Shown here: in pieces, positions 13,774-25,841 of the stretch
Position numbering within the stretch: the stretch's first letter is position 1
Layout: every line of letters begins with the position of its first letter
The notes under the pieces: generated by a model
Seen by the model: only the letters and a program-made list of their open reading frames with translations
The model's database searches: none
What the model was told of the DNA's origin: nothing
Translations under genes and position numbers: made by a program
DNA from: Eledone cirrhosa
Lineage: Eukaryota
DNA: 64,000 bases
Reading direction: 5' to 3'
NCBI GenBank assembly: GCA_964016885.1
Contig: OZ024755.1
Span: 31,992,001 to 32,056,000, forward strand

Positions 13774-15099
13774 CCCTTTACCATTTACATTACTCTATAT
13801 ATACTATTATATGTTCGCAGTAAAGGCTTTACCTCACATAATTATCTCACATAATATCGAATCTATGAGATTTTAGAATTATTTATTTTGAGAACAATAC
13901 CTTAACATCAGTATGAGCACCCAGTTACAGCCAGTTTGAACAGAAAGAGGTGAGATTTTGATATCACTCATTTTGAGAACAATACCTTAACATCAGTATG
14001 AGCAGCCAGTTACAGGCAGTTTGAACAGAAAGAAGTGAGATTTTAATATCACTCATTTTGAGAACAATACCTTAACATCAATATGAGCAGCCAGTTACAG
14101 CCAGTTTGAACAGAAAGAAGTGAGATTTTAATATCACTTATTTTGAGAACAATACCTTAACATCAGTATGAGCAGCCAGTTACAGCCAGTTTGAACAGAA
14201 AGAGGTGAGATTTTAATATCACTTATTTTGAGAACAATACCTTAACATCAGTATGAGCAGCCAGTTACAGCCAGTTTGAACAGAAAGAGGTGAGATTTTA
14301 ATATCACTTATTTTGAGAACAATACCTTAACATCAGTATGAGAAGCCAGTTACAGCCAGTTTGAACAGAAAGAGGTGAGATTTTAATATCACTTATTTTG
14401 AGAACAATACCTTAACATCAATATGAGCAGCCAGTTACAGCCAGTTTGAACAGAAAGAGGTGAGATTTTAATATCACTCATTTTGAGAACAATACCTTAA
14501 CATCAGTATGAGCAGCCAGTTACAGCCAGTTTGAACAGAAAGAGGTGAGATTTTAATATCACTTATTTTGAGAACAATACCTTAACATCAGTATGAGAAG
14601 CCAGTTACAGCCAGTTTGAACAGAAAGAGGTGAGATTTTAATATCACTTATTTTGAGAACAATACCTTAACATCAATATGAGCAGCCAGTTACAGCCAGT
14701 TTGAACAGAAAGAGGTGAGATTTTAACATCACTTATTTTGAGAACAATACCTTAACATCAGTATGAGCAGCCAGTTACAGCCAGTTTGAACAGAAAGAGG
14801 TGAGATTTTAATATCACTCATTTTGAGAACAATACCTTAACATCAGTATGAGCAGCCAGTTACAGCCAGTTTGAACAGAAAGAGGTGAGATTTTAATATC
14901 ACTCATTTTGAGAACAATACCTTAACATCAGTATGAGAAGCCAGTTACAGCCAGTTTGAACAGAAAGAGGTGAGATTTTAATATCACTTATTTTGAGAAC
15001 AATACCTTAACATCAGTATGAGCAGCCAGTTACAGCCAGTTTGAAAAGAAAGAGGTGAGAGAATTCTGGCTGGATACGGCCGGTTTTAATGCTAAAGGG
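13774..15099. mobile_element. piggyBac-like TTAA MITE expanded by an internal 85-bp tandem array (about 14 copies, 13886-15060)
   Basis: TTAA-CCCTTTA...TAAAGGG-TTAA; TTTTGAGAAC recurs every 85 bp. Other family copies near 1670, 5528, 27320, 32018, 33185, 34506, 48175, 49852, 53105, 53626, 58376. Confidence 0.88.
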
Positions 15100-15614
15100 T
15101 TAATGTCTATTTTCCATGCTTGCATGAGTTCAACAAGGTGTCATGTTACGAAGCTGGACAAGTCAGGTGAAACACAATCTGGTTTTTGGTTTGGTTTTCT
15201 ATGACTGAATGCCCTGCTCTTCTTAGTGCCAACAATGTTATAGAATGCACTAGGAGATTATTATTTCATGTTGCCACTACTACCACTTTACAGGGTGCAT
15301 CAGGTGTTTTTCATTGTGGCTGCTGTATGACCAATGTACAACCTTGCAGGGTGGATTAGAGGCTCTTTCTTGCTGTGGTAGCAGCTTTACCACCTTATAT
15401 GTATAAGGCTTGGCTGAGAAGTTCAGAGGCTGACCAAGATACTCTCATGGAATGATCAAATGAGGTTTATTTTTCAACATAGTCCTTGAAAAAAAAAACA
15501 ATGCAGAAGATTTGAAATTAATGTATGCACAAGATTTCACAGCTCTAGCATCACCCCTTCATAGTCAGCCTATGAATGTTTCAGCCAACCCTTGTAGTGT
15601 ACATATAGCGTAAA

Positions 15615-15665
15615 TGTATGTATGTATGTATGTATGTATGTATGTATGTTTATTATTATTATTGC

Positions 15666-15714
<49 letters not shown>

Positions 15715-15836
15715 GTTATTAATGTATGTGTGTATATATGTGTGAGTGTATGTGTATGTATGTGTGTGTGTATATATGTATGTATGTGTATGCATGTGTG
15801 TGTGTATATGTGTGTGTATATATATATATATGTATA

Positions 15837-15869
<33 letters not shown>

Positions 15870-15897
15870 CTTTTCCCTTTTTTTTTTTTTTTTTTAA

Positions 15898-15956
<59 letters not shown>

Positions 15957-16862
15957 TTTATTTTTTTATTTTTTTATTTTTTATTTTTTTATTTTTTTAT
16001 TTTTTTATTGTGCAATGGCCATACTCGATAACGAGGGGGCAGCCATCATGTATGTATGTATGTATGTATGTATGTGTGTGTATGTATATGTATCTGTGTA
16101 TGTGTGTGCGTATGTCCGTGTGTGTGTATGTATGTGTGTGTGTATGTATGTATGTATATGTATGTGTGTATGTATGTATATGTGTGTATGTATATGTATG
16201 TGTGTATGTATGTATGTATATGTATGTGTGTATGTATGTATATGTGTGTATGTGTATGTATATGTATGTGTGTATGTATGTATGTATATGTATGTGTGTA
16301 TGTATGTATATGTGTATATGTATATGTATCTATGTATGTGTGTGCGTATGTCCGTGTGTGTATGTATGTGTGTATGTATGTATGTATATATATGTGTGTA
16401 TGTATGTATATGTGTGTATGTATATGTATGTGTGTGTATGTATATGTATCTATGTATGTGTGTGTGTATGTCCGTGTGTGTATGTATGTGTGTGTATATG
16501 TGTGTATGTATATGTATGTGTGTATGTATGTATGTATGTGTATGTATGTGTGTGTATGTATATGTATCTATGTATGTGTGTGCGTATGTCCGTGTGTGTA
16601 TGTATGTGTGTGTGTATGTATGTATGTATATGTATGTGTGTATGTATGTATATGTGTGTATGTATATGTATGTATGTATGTATGTGTGTGCGTATCTACG
16701 TGTATGTATGTGTATGTGTGTATGTATGTATATGTATGTGTATATGTGTATGTATGTGTATGTATGTATGTGTGTGTGTGTATGCATGTGTGTGTATGTA
16801 TGTATGTATGTATATATGTATATATATATATGTATATATGTATGTATGTATGTATGTGTGTG
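15615..16862. repeat. Compound microsatellite field (TATG, TTA, TG, poly-T)
   Basis: Seen directly; explains the long VCMY/HTYI ORFs. Confidence 0.95.
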
Positions 16863-17384
16863 ATGGTGTAAATAACTCATCTTAATACATTGATATACAT
16901 AGATAACTTCTGCGTTTGTACAGATTCTAAATTCAATGTATAGCTTTAAATTTGCAATTACTATTTCCATCATTGCGATCTTTGATTATTGAACACCAAA
17001 GCAATGCGGTGCAAACAACAGATGGACATTATAGTTAATCTAAACAATTTCTTTTATACACTCGGCAATAGCCACTTTACACAGACAGATTTCTTTCATA
17101 GAAAAGGGAATGTGATAAGTTATCCTATCAGACGTAAATTATGGGAATTTAACAGATGTCTGTAGACAAAAGCTCCTTGTTATAAAAATGGAGAAATACA
17201 ATTCTGGGAATATAAGTAGCAGAATCATTGACAATATGTTAAGAATTAGATTCCACAGTCATGCTATTTGGTATTACACATGCGCTAAATAACTAGATTT
17301 ATGTAAAGGTTTTGTTTAGAAATAGCATCTTATATTTAAAAAAATGTAAGATGCTATTCTAAGAAAATATTCTCCTTATAGATG

Positions 17385-18159
17385 TATAATGGAATACTCC
17401 TATATTTTACCGGCGAAGATTCGAAACCAAATCTGAGCTTTCCTGCCTCCGGGACAATCTATCTTTGTCCTGTCAATGATGATAAGTGTACATTCCATTT
17501 GACCTGTGACCTCAACCCCTTGGGAGATGCTAACCACAGGTCAGATAATAGATCAACCTCATATATCCATCCTTCTAACTTTAGCAGTTATTATAAATTA
17601 CAAGGACTTAGGGAACCAAAGGAGGAGAATCGAAGCAGCAGTCAAGAAGATAACTATGTAGCATCAGTAGACCTTTCACCCTATCAGTAGATCTTTCTCC
17701 TGGCCCTTACTGGCTTACCTTCTCAGTCAGACAGCCAGCCATGCCTGCCTGACAGATTGACCAATACTACTATGAGAATAAGATAAACTAAGAATAGACA
17801 CACACACACGCATAGTAAGTTCATACTAATAATAATGAAATTATTGTGTACAGTGCTCAGGTGCACCACAACACTGTTATATTATACTCTCATCCTATTC
17901 TTCCTGACATATTGTATCTTCAAGACACAACACAACTTGTATACTATATCGTCTTCACTGATATATACATTTACGTATCTCGTAGCAGCTACCAATTTAC
18001 TGTACGGATATATTCATGTCATAAATTGTATTACTCAGTGTTCAAGTCGAATATTGTTATTATAAAATAAACATTGTTAACAACTCAATCATGGCTTTAT
18101 TCTTTTCACCCAAACATTCATCAAAACCATCATACCAACAATACAACTTATCCATTACA
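17385..18159 (+). mobile_element. Probable solo LTR (Gypsy-like, 4-bp TSD)
   Basis: TATAATGGA...TCCATTACA inverted termini, GATG direct repeat on both flanks, AATAAA near 18066. Confidence 0.55.
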
Positions 18160-18274
18160 GATGCTGCAATATTTCTGACATCAACAATTAAATACATTTG
18201 TAGATGTATATATCATAAAATATTGCAAGCATACAATTTGTATATATATATATCATAAAATATTAGAGACAGGA

Positions 18275-18840
18275 GTCATGACAAAAAGCATCCAATCCAC
18301 ACTATAATGTGGTCATATAGGTGTCACGACAAAAAGCACTCAGTCCATACTGTAAAGTGGTCGTATATGTGTCACAATAAAAAGCACCCAGCCCACACTA
18401 TAAAGTGGTTGTGTAGGTGTCACGACAAAAAGCACCCAGCCCACACTATAAAGTGGTCGTATATGTGTCACAATAAAAAGCACCCAGCCCACACTATAAA
18501 GTGGTCGTGTAGGTGTCACGACTAAAAGCACCCAGTCCATACTGTAAAGTGGTCGTATATGTATCACAATAAAAAGCACCCAGCCCACACTATAAAGTGG
18601 TCGTGTAGGTGTCACGACTAAAAGCACCCAGTCCATACTGTAAAGTGGTCGTATATGTGTCACAATAAAAAGCACCCAGCCCACACTATAAAGTGGTCAT
18701 GTAGGTGTCACGACAAAAAGCACCCAGTCCATACTGTAAAGTGGTCATACAGGTGTCATGACAAAAAGCATCCAACCCACACTGAAAAGTGGTTGGGTAG
18801 GCATCATGACAAAAAGCACCCAGTACTTACTGTAAATGAG
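18275..18840. repeat. 48-bp minisatellite, about 12 copies, same module in the opposite orientation
   Basis: Repeating AAAAAGCACCCAG(C/T)CCA(C/T)ACT(A/G)TAAAGTGGTCGT. Confidence 0.92.
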
Positions 18841-19211
18841 GTTAGTATTAGGAAGGGTATCCAGCTGTAAAAATGAAGGCAAAATCAGTTCTGTATATGC
18901 AAGACATGGTCACCTGATCTAGCATTACCCCACAACAGGACAACCCGCCTAACCCATGCTAGTCTGGAAAAATTGATGTAAAACAGCGATGATGATGATA
19001 CACATATTGAATACATGAATATATCAACTACTAGGAACCATTGCATGTTAAGATGTTCCATGTTGTAAACTATTTGCCAATTATCTCATGTTGATTTGAG
19101 TTGATAAAATAACAAAATATGCTGAATTATAGGTCAATCAAATAATATTTAGAGGTTGCACACTCTCATCTTTTTATTTATGATGATTTTTTGGACCTGG
19201 CCTATAGTATA

Positions 19212-19574
19212 CAGTGTACCCTCAACATTTGCGGTTCCGGTTATTCTCGGAATTTTCCTTAGAACCTAACTAATAATTGTTTGTGGAAACCACCAGATAT
19301 TCGCGGAATCGTAAATATCTTCCGCGATTTTTATAATGGCGCTTTTTTGTGAAAATATTTTTTTTTTAAAGCTAAATTATTAATAACAATATACCATATT
19401 TGCCGGCCTATTGGATGCTCCTTTGCATAAGACGCTCATTCTTTTTTTTATTATATTTTACATTATATTTTGATGTTTATAGGCAATTTTATGGACCACA
19501 TCCAATATTCGCGGTTGTTCACTCTTCGCGGGTGCTCTAGGAACATGACCCCTGCAAATACCGAGAGACAACTG
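19212..19574. mobile_element. pogo/Tigger-like MITE
   Basis: TA-CAGTGTACCCTC...GAGAGACAACTG-TA imperfect TIRs. Confidence 0.65.
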
Positions 19575-19974
19575 TATTGTTCTTTCTGTTCACTTTATTG
19601 AATCCAATAAGGAAACCACAGTAAGTCTGGTGTTAGGATGAGATAGTATGTGTTGTGGTGTTAATTTGGTTGTGGATTGCTCAGTCATGTGGTCTCCGTT
19701 GTGTAGAGTGCAGGCAAAGGAAGATTGAGGTGTCTGATACAATGTGACCATATATTGCAGGTGTGCAAGTAAGTGAGTAATAGTGTTCATTATGATGATG
19801 ATGATGATGATGATGTGATGATGATGGTTTCTTGGGTTAGTGATCTACCTTGATCACAAAGGGAATGAAATATATAAACCACAATAACACAAAGCTGTTA
19901 TGTTACTAAGTTATTAAATATAACTCTTGTTGAAGTTAAATTGACAACACTTGAAGTACAAATAACCACAGATG

Positions 19975-22500
19975 AATAGCAAGGCAGCTTTTGACATAGT
20001 TGACCACACATCCCTCTAGAAAATTCTCAAGCTCATCGGCGTGCTTCCCAAGATCACCTCTCTATTTCAATGGCTCCATAGCAGAGCTGAGAGTTGCATA
20101 CAAGTGAATGAGAAGGACTCCAACTGGTTCCCCCATCAATAGCAGGGTCAGACAGGGCTGCATGGGTTCCCATGACTTCTTCAGCTATGCCATCGACTCT
20201 GATGACCAAGGTCTGTGAGCAAGTTCTGGTGTTACCTTCGGGAACTACCACCTTATCTATTCAGCAACTCAATCAATCACCTCAAAGATGCACTGACCAT
20301 ATACTTGGAGGAATCAGCATAGCTTGGCCTTCAAGTGAGCTGGGTGAAGATCAAGCTGATGCATCTCGACGATGGCTTGGATCTTACCCCGCTTCATAAT
20401 GGCCCTGGTGTCATGGAGTTTGTCGGCTCATTCATTTACCTGGGCTCAACCGTCACCAACCATGAAGACCTGACCCCAGAGATCAACTGCAGATGTAATC
20501 TGGCTGGTGGGGGTCATGCACTTCCTAAAAAAGCCCCTTTTAATGGCCCTGAGTTTGCCGGCTCATTCATTTACCTGGGCTCAACCATCACCAACCATGA
20601 AGACCTGACCCCAGAGATCAACTGCAGTTGTAATCTGGCTGGGGTGGGGTCATGCACTTCCTAAAGAAGCCCCTTTTAATGGCCCTGAGTTTGTCGGCTC
20701 ATTCATTTACCTGGGCTCAACCATCACCAACCATGAAGACCTGACCCCAGAGATCAACTGCAGATGTAATCTGGCTGGGGTGTGGTCATGCACTTCCTAA
20801 AGAAGCCCCTTTTAATGGCCCTGAGTTTGCCGGCTCATTCATTTACCTGGGCTCAACCGTCACCAACCATGAAGACCTGACCCCAGAGATCAACTGCAGA
20901 TGTAATCTGGCTGGGGTGGGGGTCATGCACTTCCTAAAGAAGCCCCTTTTAATGGCCCTGAGTTTGTCGGCTCATTCATTTACCTGGGCTCAACCGTCAC
21001 CAACCATGAAGACCTGACCCCAGAGATCAACTGCAGATGTAATCTGGCTGGGGTGGGGTCATGCACTTCCTAAAGAATCCCCTTTTAATGGCCCTGAGTT
21101 TGTCGGCTCATTCATTTACCTGGGCTCAACCGTCACCAACCATGAAGACCTGACCCCAGAGATCAACTGCAGATGTAATCTGGCTGGGGTGGGGTCATGC
21201 ACTTCCTAAAGAAGCCCCTTTTAATGGCCCTGAGTTTGTCGGCTCATTCATTTACCTGGGCTCAACCGTCACCAACCATGAAGACCTGACCCCAGAGATC
21301 AACTGCAGATGTAATCTGGCTGGGGTGGGGTCATGCACTTCCTAAAGAAGCCCCTTTTAATGGCCCTGAGTTTGTCGGCTCATTCATTTACCTGGGCTCA
21401 ACCGTCACCAACCATGAAGACCTGACCCCAGAGATCAACTGCAGATGTAATCTGGCTGGGGTGGGGTCATGCACTTCCTAAAGAAGCCCCTTTTAATGGC
21501 CCTGAGTTTGTCGGCTCATTCATTTACCTGGGCTCAACCGTCACCAACCATGAAGACCTGACCCCAGAGATCAACTGCAGATGTAATCTGGCTGGGGTGG
21601 GGTCATGCACTTCCTAAAGAAGCCCCTTTTAATGGCCCTGAGTTTGTCGGCTCATTCATTTACCTGGGCTCAACCGTCACCAACCATGAAGACCTGACCC
21701 CAGAGATCAACTGCAGATGTAATCTGGCTGGGGTGGGGGTCATGCACTTCCTAAAGAAGCCCCTTTTAATGGCCCTGAGTTTGTCGGCTCATTCATTTAC
21801 CTGGGCTCAACCGTCACCAACCATGAAGACCTGACCCCAGAGATCAACTGCAGATGCAATCTGGCTGGGGTGGGGTCATGCACTTCCTAAAGAAGCCCCT
21901 TTTAATGGCCCTGAGTTTGTCGGCTCATTCATTTACCTGGGCTCAACCGTCACCAACCATGAAGACCTGACCCCAGAGATCAACTGCAGATGTAATCTGG
22001 CTGGGGTGGGAGTCATGCACTTCCTAAAGAATCCCCTTTGGAACCACTGCTCTATATCCTGGAAGTCGAAGCTCTTTATTTACAATGCGTCGATCCTCTA
22101 CATTCTCCTCAATGGAGCAGAAACATGGCCCTTCATGAAGATTGGCGACTTCAATATCAGAGCCTTGAGGACTATTGAAAACATCGGATGGTACCACCAC
22201 GTTTCCCCCAAAAAAGAGTTGTGTGCACACATGCATCAGCCTCATAGCCATCTGCTGCATGCTCTGGTACGGACATGTCCTCTGCCTGCTGCCAGACCAT
22301 CCTACCAGGGCCTTACTATTGTTCGACACAGCAGCTATAGGCTGGAAGAGAAGAGGCCCAGTGGCTGCCCCACACCAGATGGCTGGATGTCATCAAAGAA
22401 GATCTCCAGAGGTTCGACGTCACCTTGGAGGATACAGAGGGGCTGGCACAGGACCTCCAGCGCTGGACGGCTCTGGTGGACCTGGTTAGTTCTATAATCG
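19975..22500 (+). mobile_element. Degenerate RTE-like LINE RT with an internal tandem amplification
   Basis: KAAFD, VRQGC, FIYLGS, LLNGAETW and WYGH motifs in shifting frames. Confidence 0.82.
20398..22040 (+). repeat. 136-bp tandem repeat, about 12 copies, derived from LINE coding sequence
   Basis: AATGGCCCTG recurs at 20951 and 21631 (680 = 5x136). Confidence 0.95.
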
Positions 22501-23540
22501 ATGATGTCTCTCTCTGGGATCATTGACCTACAATGACCCCAGTCTCGTTGAACAAGATCAAAAAGAAGATATTCGAGTCACTGTTTCGCTTAAACCATTT
22601 TCTTTATCTCATTTTATTTTTTGACTATGCAACTTTACACATTGTGAAAATTTACTGGAAACATTTTACGAAGTAGAAAGTATCCAGTACACACTGTAAA
22701 GTGGTCGTGTAGGAAACATGGTAAAAAAGCTCCCAGTCCACACTGTAAATGTGGTCGGTGTTAGGAAGGGCATCAAGTCGTAGAAAACCTGCCAGGTACA
22801 GACCTATACGAGCGAGACACGGTCACCTGACCAATCTTGCCTCAAGTGGGACAATTCCCGTCTAACCCATGCTAGCATGGAAGATAGACGTTAAATGATG
22901 ATGATAGTACTTTTTCTACCTCCCCTTCCCCTCAACTACTCTCGAGTCGAATAATGCCCCCTCCCCTGTCAATTCCACCCATTCTGCCTGTGTCAGTTGT
23001 TAGCTGCCGAGACACTGCATCCTTTAAAACCCTCATGCTTCCCGAAATTCGCCAAAACTACACCTGATGCCCCCCTTCCATACACATGCACACATGTGTA
23101 TATCATGACTCCTGCACTGTTCATTTTCCTGACGTTTGTACATTACCCTATGTACTATACATACACTTTTGATGAATTGTAGTGCACCTGAGCACTGTAC
23201 ACAATATTTTCATTATTATTATTATTACACACCACTTATTACATTTTTCTAATCTATCTCCAGCGAAATTTTATTTTTAGTGGTAATATTCCTGCGACAA
23301 TTAATTTTCTTTAGACATTAAAAAACATTATAGATGATAAAAAAAAAAAAAAAGACATTACTAGAAATCCCATATGTTATAAAATAAATAGGGTGTGTTA
23401 GGGGGTCTCAATATGTAAACTAAATTCTGGTTTTTTAAAAAATCAACGGAGACAACCTAGAAAAATTACTGACCCCCCACTACCTATACACCGGTTATTC
23501 ACGCCCTTTATTATTTGGAATCCGAATGTATAATACAAAG

Positions 23541-23548
23541 CCACGTGG
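23541..23548. promoter_or_regulatory. Palindromic E-box CCACGTGG about 140 bp upstream of the UMPS ATG
   Basis: Motif sits in a repeat-free region with more CpG than its surroundings, just 5' of exon 1; function is inferred. Confidence 0.35.
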
Positions 23549-23685
23549 TAACGATTATAAACCTATCTGGCGGTTTTCGGGATATTCAATTGTCCCCTCT
23601 CTATTATCTATCTATATACATATATATAAGAGAGAGACAAAACAGGGGAAGTAACTGTCATTTCAGTTTATCTTTAATTTTCAAA

Positions 23686-23829
23686 ATGTGTGATTCTAAT
23701 ATTACTGATATTGTTATAAAACTCTTCGATTTAGGATGTGTCAAGTTTGGAAAATTTACTTTAAAAAGTGGCATAGAGGCACCAATTTACTTCGATTTCC
23801 GAATTCTGGTGTCTTACCCGCAACTTATG
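23686..23829 (+). CDS. UMPS: UMPS exon 1 (MCDSNITD...[25 protein letters not shown])
   Basis: ATG in AAAATG context, OPRT N-terminal motif, donor GTAAGT at 23830. Confidence 0.93.
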
Positions 23830-25231
23830 GTAAGTGTTTCACTCCATTTAGATACAAAACATGATAGGATAAACATGAGTTTTTTTTCCAACTGAAAACA
23901 TAGAAAGGGATTTTGAAAAACTTAATCATTTTCACATCGTCTTTTCCCCAACTGAAAACTTTTATTTAGGGTTAAAAGAAACCATATTTTGTGATTTCAA
24001 TGCCTTTCTGAATGCCATTGTTATGCAAGGACATATATAAATAATTCCCGTTCGAATTGTGCTCAGGACGGGTAGTAGCATTCTTTCTTCTATTGATTAA
24101 TTCAATTTCTGTGGTCTTTCGTTTACAAATGCATTGAAAAGAAAAAAAGAAAAAGATCTTGATTCCTACAATTAATGAAATAAAATAAGCTATGAATATT
24201 AATTTATATTATGATTATTATCACTTTAAATTCTCGTGTGTATCTTCTATTTACAAGAAACCATGTGCTTCGAGGTTAGTGCTACTGAATTTTCGGTTAC
24301 TATCTTCTACAGTAGTTTACAAATGTTTATATATATATATAACAAATTAAAATAGAAATGGCTTCTACAGGACTAGAACTGTTTTATTCGAAGGAAAGTA
24401 TTGAGTACCTTACTCAATGTGGTTACTCCCTATTGAACACGTCACTCACATTCATTAATATTAAGGCTAAATCGGTAGAGGGTCGGACGCCATGCTTTGA
24501 CGCATAGAGTTACGGCCCTTTCCATTCTGAGTTCAAATCCCGCCGAGGTTAACTTTGCCTTTCATCCTTACGGGGTCGATAAACCGATTCCATGTTGCCT
24601 CAGTCAACTCAGCTGGTAAAAATAAGTTGCACCTGTAATAATTAGGTTAAGAGTACACGTGTCTGCAAGTTAATTTTACGAGGGACATTCGTCGGTTTCG
24701 ACGACGAGTATTACAATGGAGCAGCTTGCTCATGAAATTAACTTCCAGGTAGCTGAACATTCAACAAACACGAATACCTTTCACCTTGTTACAGGTATAG
24801 CTTATTTTTTTTCCAGCTGAGTGGACTGATGCAACGTTAAATAAAGTGTTTTGCTCAAAGATGCAACGCACTCTCGGTAATTAATCGACAACATTACGAT
24901 CGTGGGCCGAAGACACCTATATATTTATTCTTATACTTTGAGAGAAGTCATGCGGCCAATAAAAAACACCCGCTCCTTTGATTTTCACTTGAATTTATTA
25001 CACATTTACGGTTGGTTGGTTTAATAACCGGATGGTTGTTTATATATTGTAAAAGCTCTTTCGTTACACATTCTGTGACCTCCTCAGTGATTAATTTATT
25101 CTGTCCTACACCATCTTGTTTTTGTGTGTTGTGTGACAGCATACCAACAAGTACGTGTTTTTTGGCAGCATGACCCTCCTATTCAACACATGTTTTCAGA
25201 TAAGAAATCTTGCAAAACAAATACAAAAACG

Positions 25232-25276
<45 letters not shown>

Positions 25277-25437
25277 AAAGTTTTATTTAAAATTGTTGGG
25301 TTACAACAAGTAAATATTTTATAACTGATATAAAGCACTCAACAAGTTTTGGAGTAGATATACGATATTAAACAAATGGAAACTATATTTATGAATAAAT
25401 ATGGTTTTATAAATATAGTTTCCATTTGTTTAATATC

Positions 25438-25500
<63 letters not shown>

Positions 25501-25808
25501 TACACGGTAAACAACGAAGGCCACGTGTTGTCCTTCTCCTACATATCTTTCCCCTCGGAAAAAGACCCTGTTGATGGATGTGAAATCTGAAATATAGGGC
25601 CTATTAAATCACTTCCAAGGTAACTCTATCTCGTGTTATTATTTTTTACACTTTTCCTACGTTCTCTACGTCTCTTTCTACGCCTCCTCATACATCTCTC
25701 TCATTACCACCTGATTTTTTTACCTGGAGATTTACCCATTTGCATTGTTGAAGCTCTCCAAACGACTATTTTAAATATTCCACAATGCTTCAAGCAAACT
25801 TCAACACT

Positions 25809-25841
<33 letters not shown>

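Noticed and set aside
15565-16973. Overlapping ORFs up to 379 aa rich in V/C/M/Y or H/T/Y/I
   Set aside because: Stop-free microsatellite translations.
23515-23685. N-terminal extension of UMPS suggested by the ORF track
   Set aside because: It starts at a non-ATG codon and has no homology; the ATG at 23686 gives the normal length.
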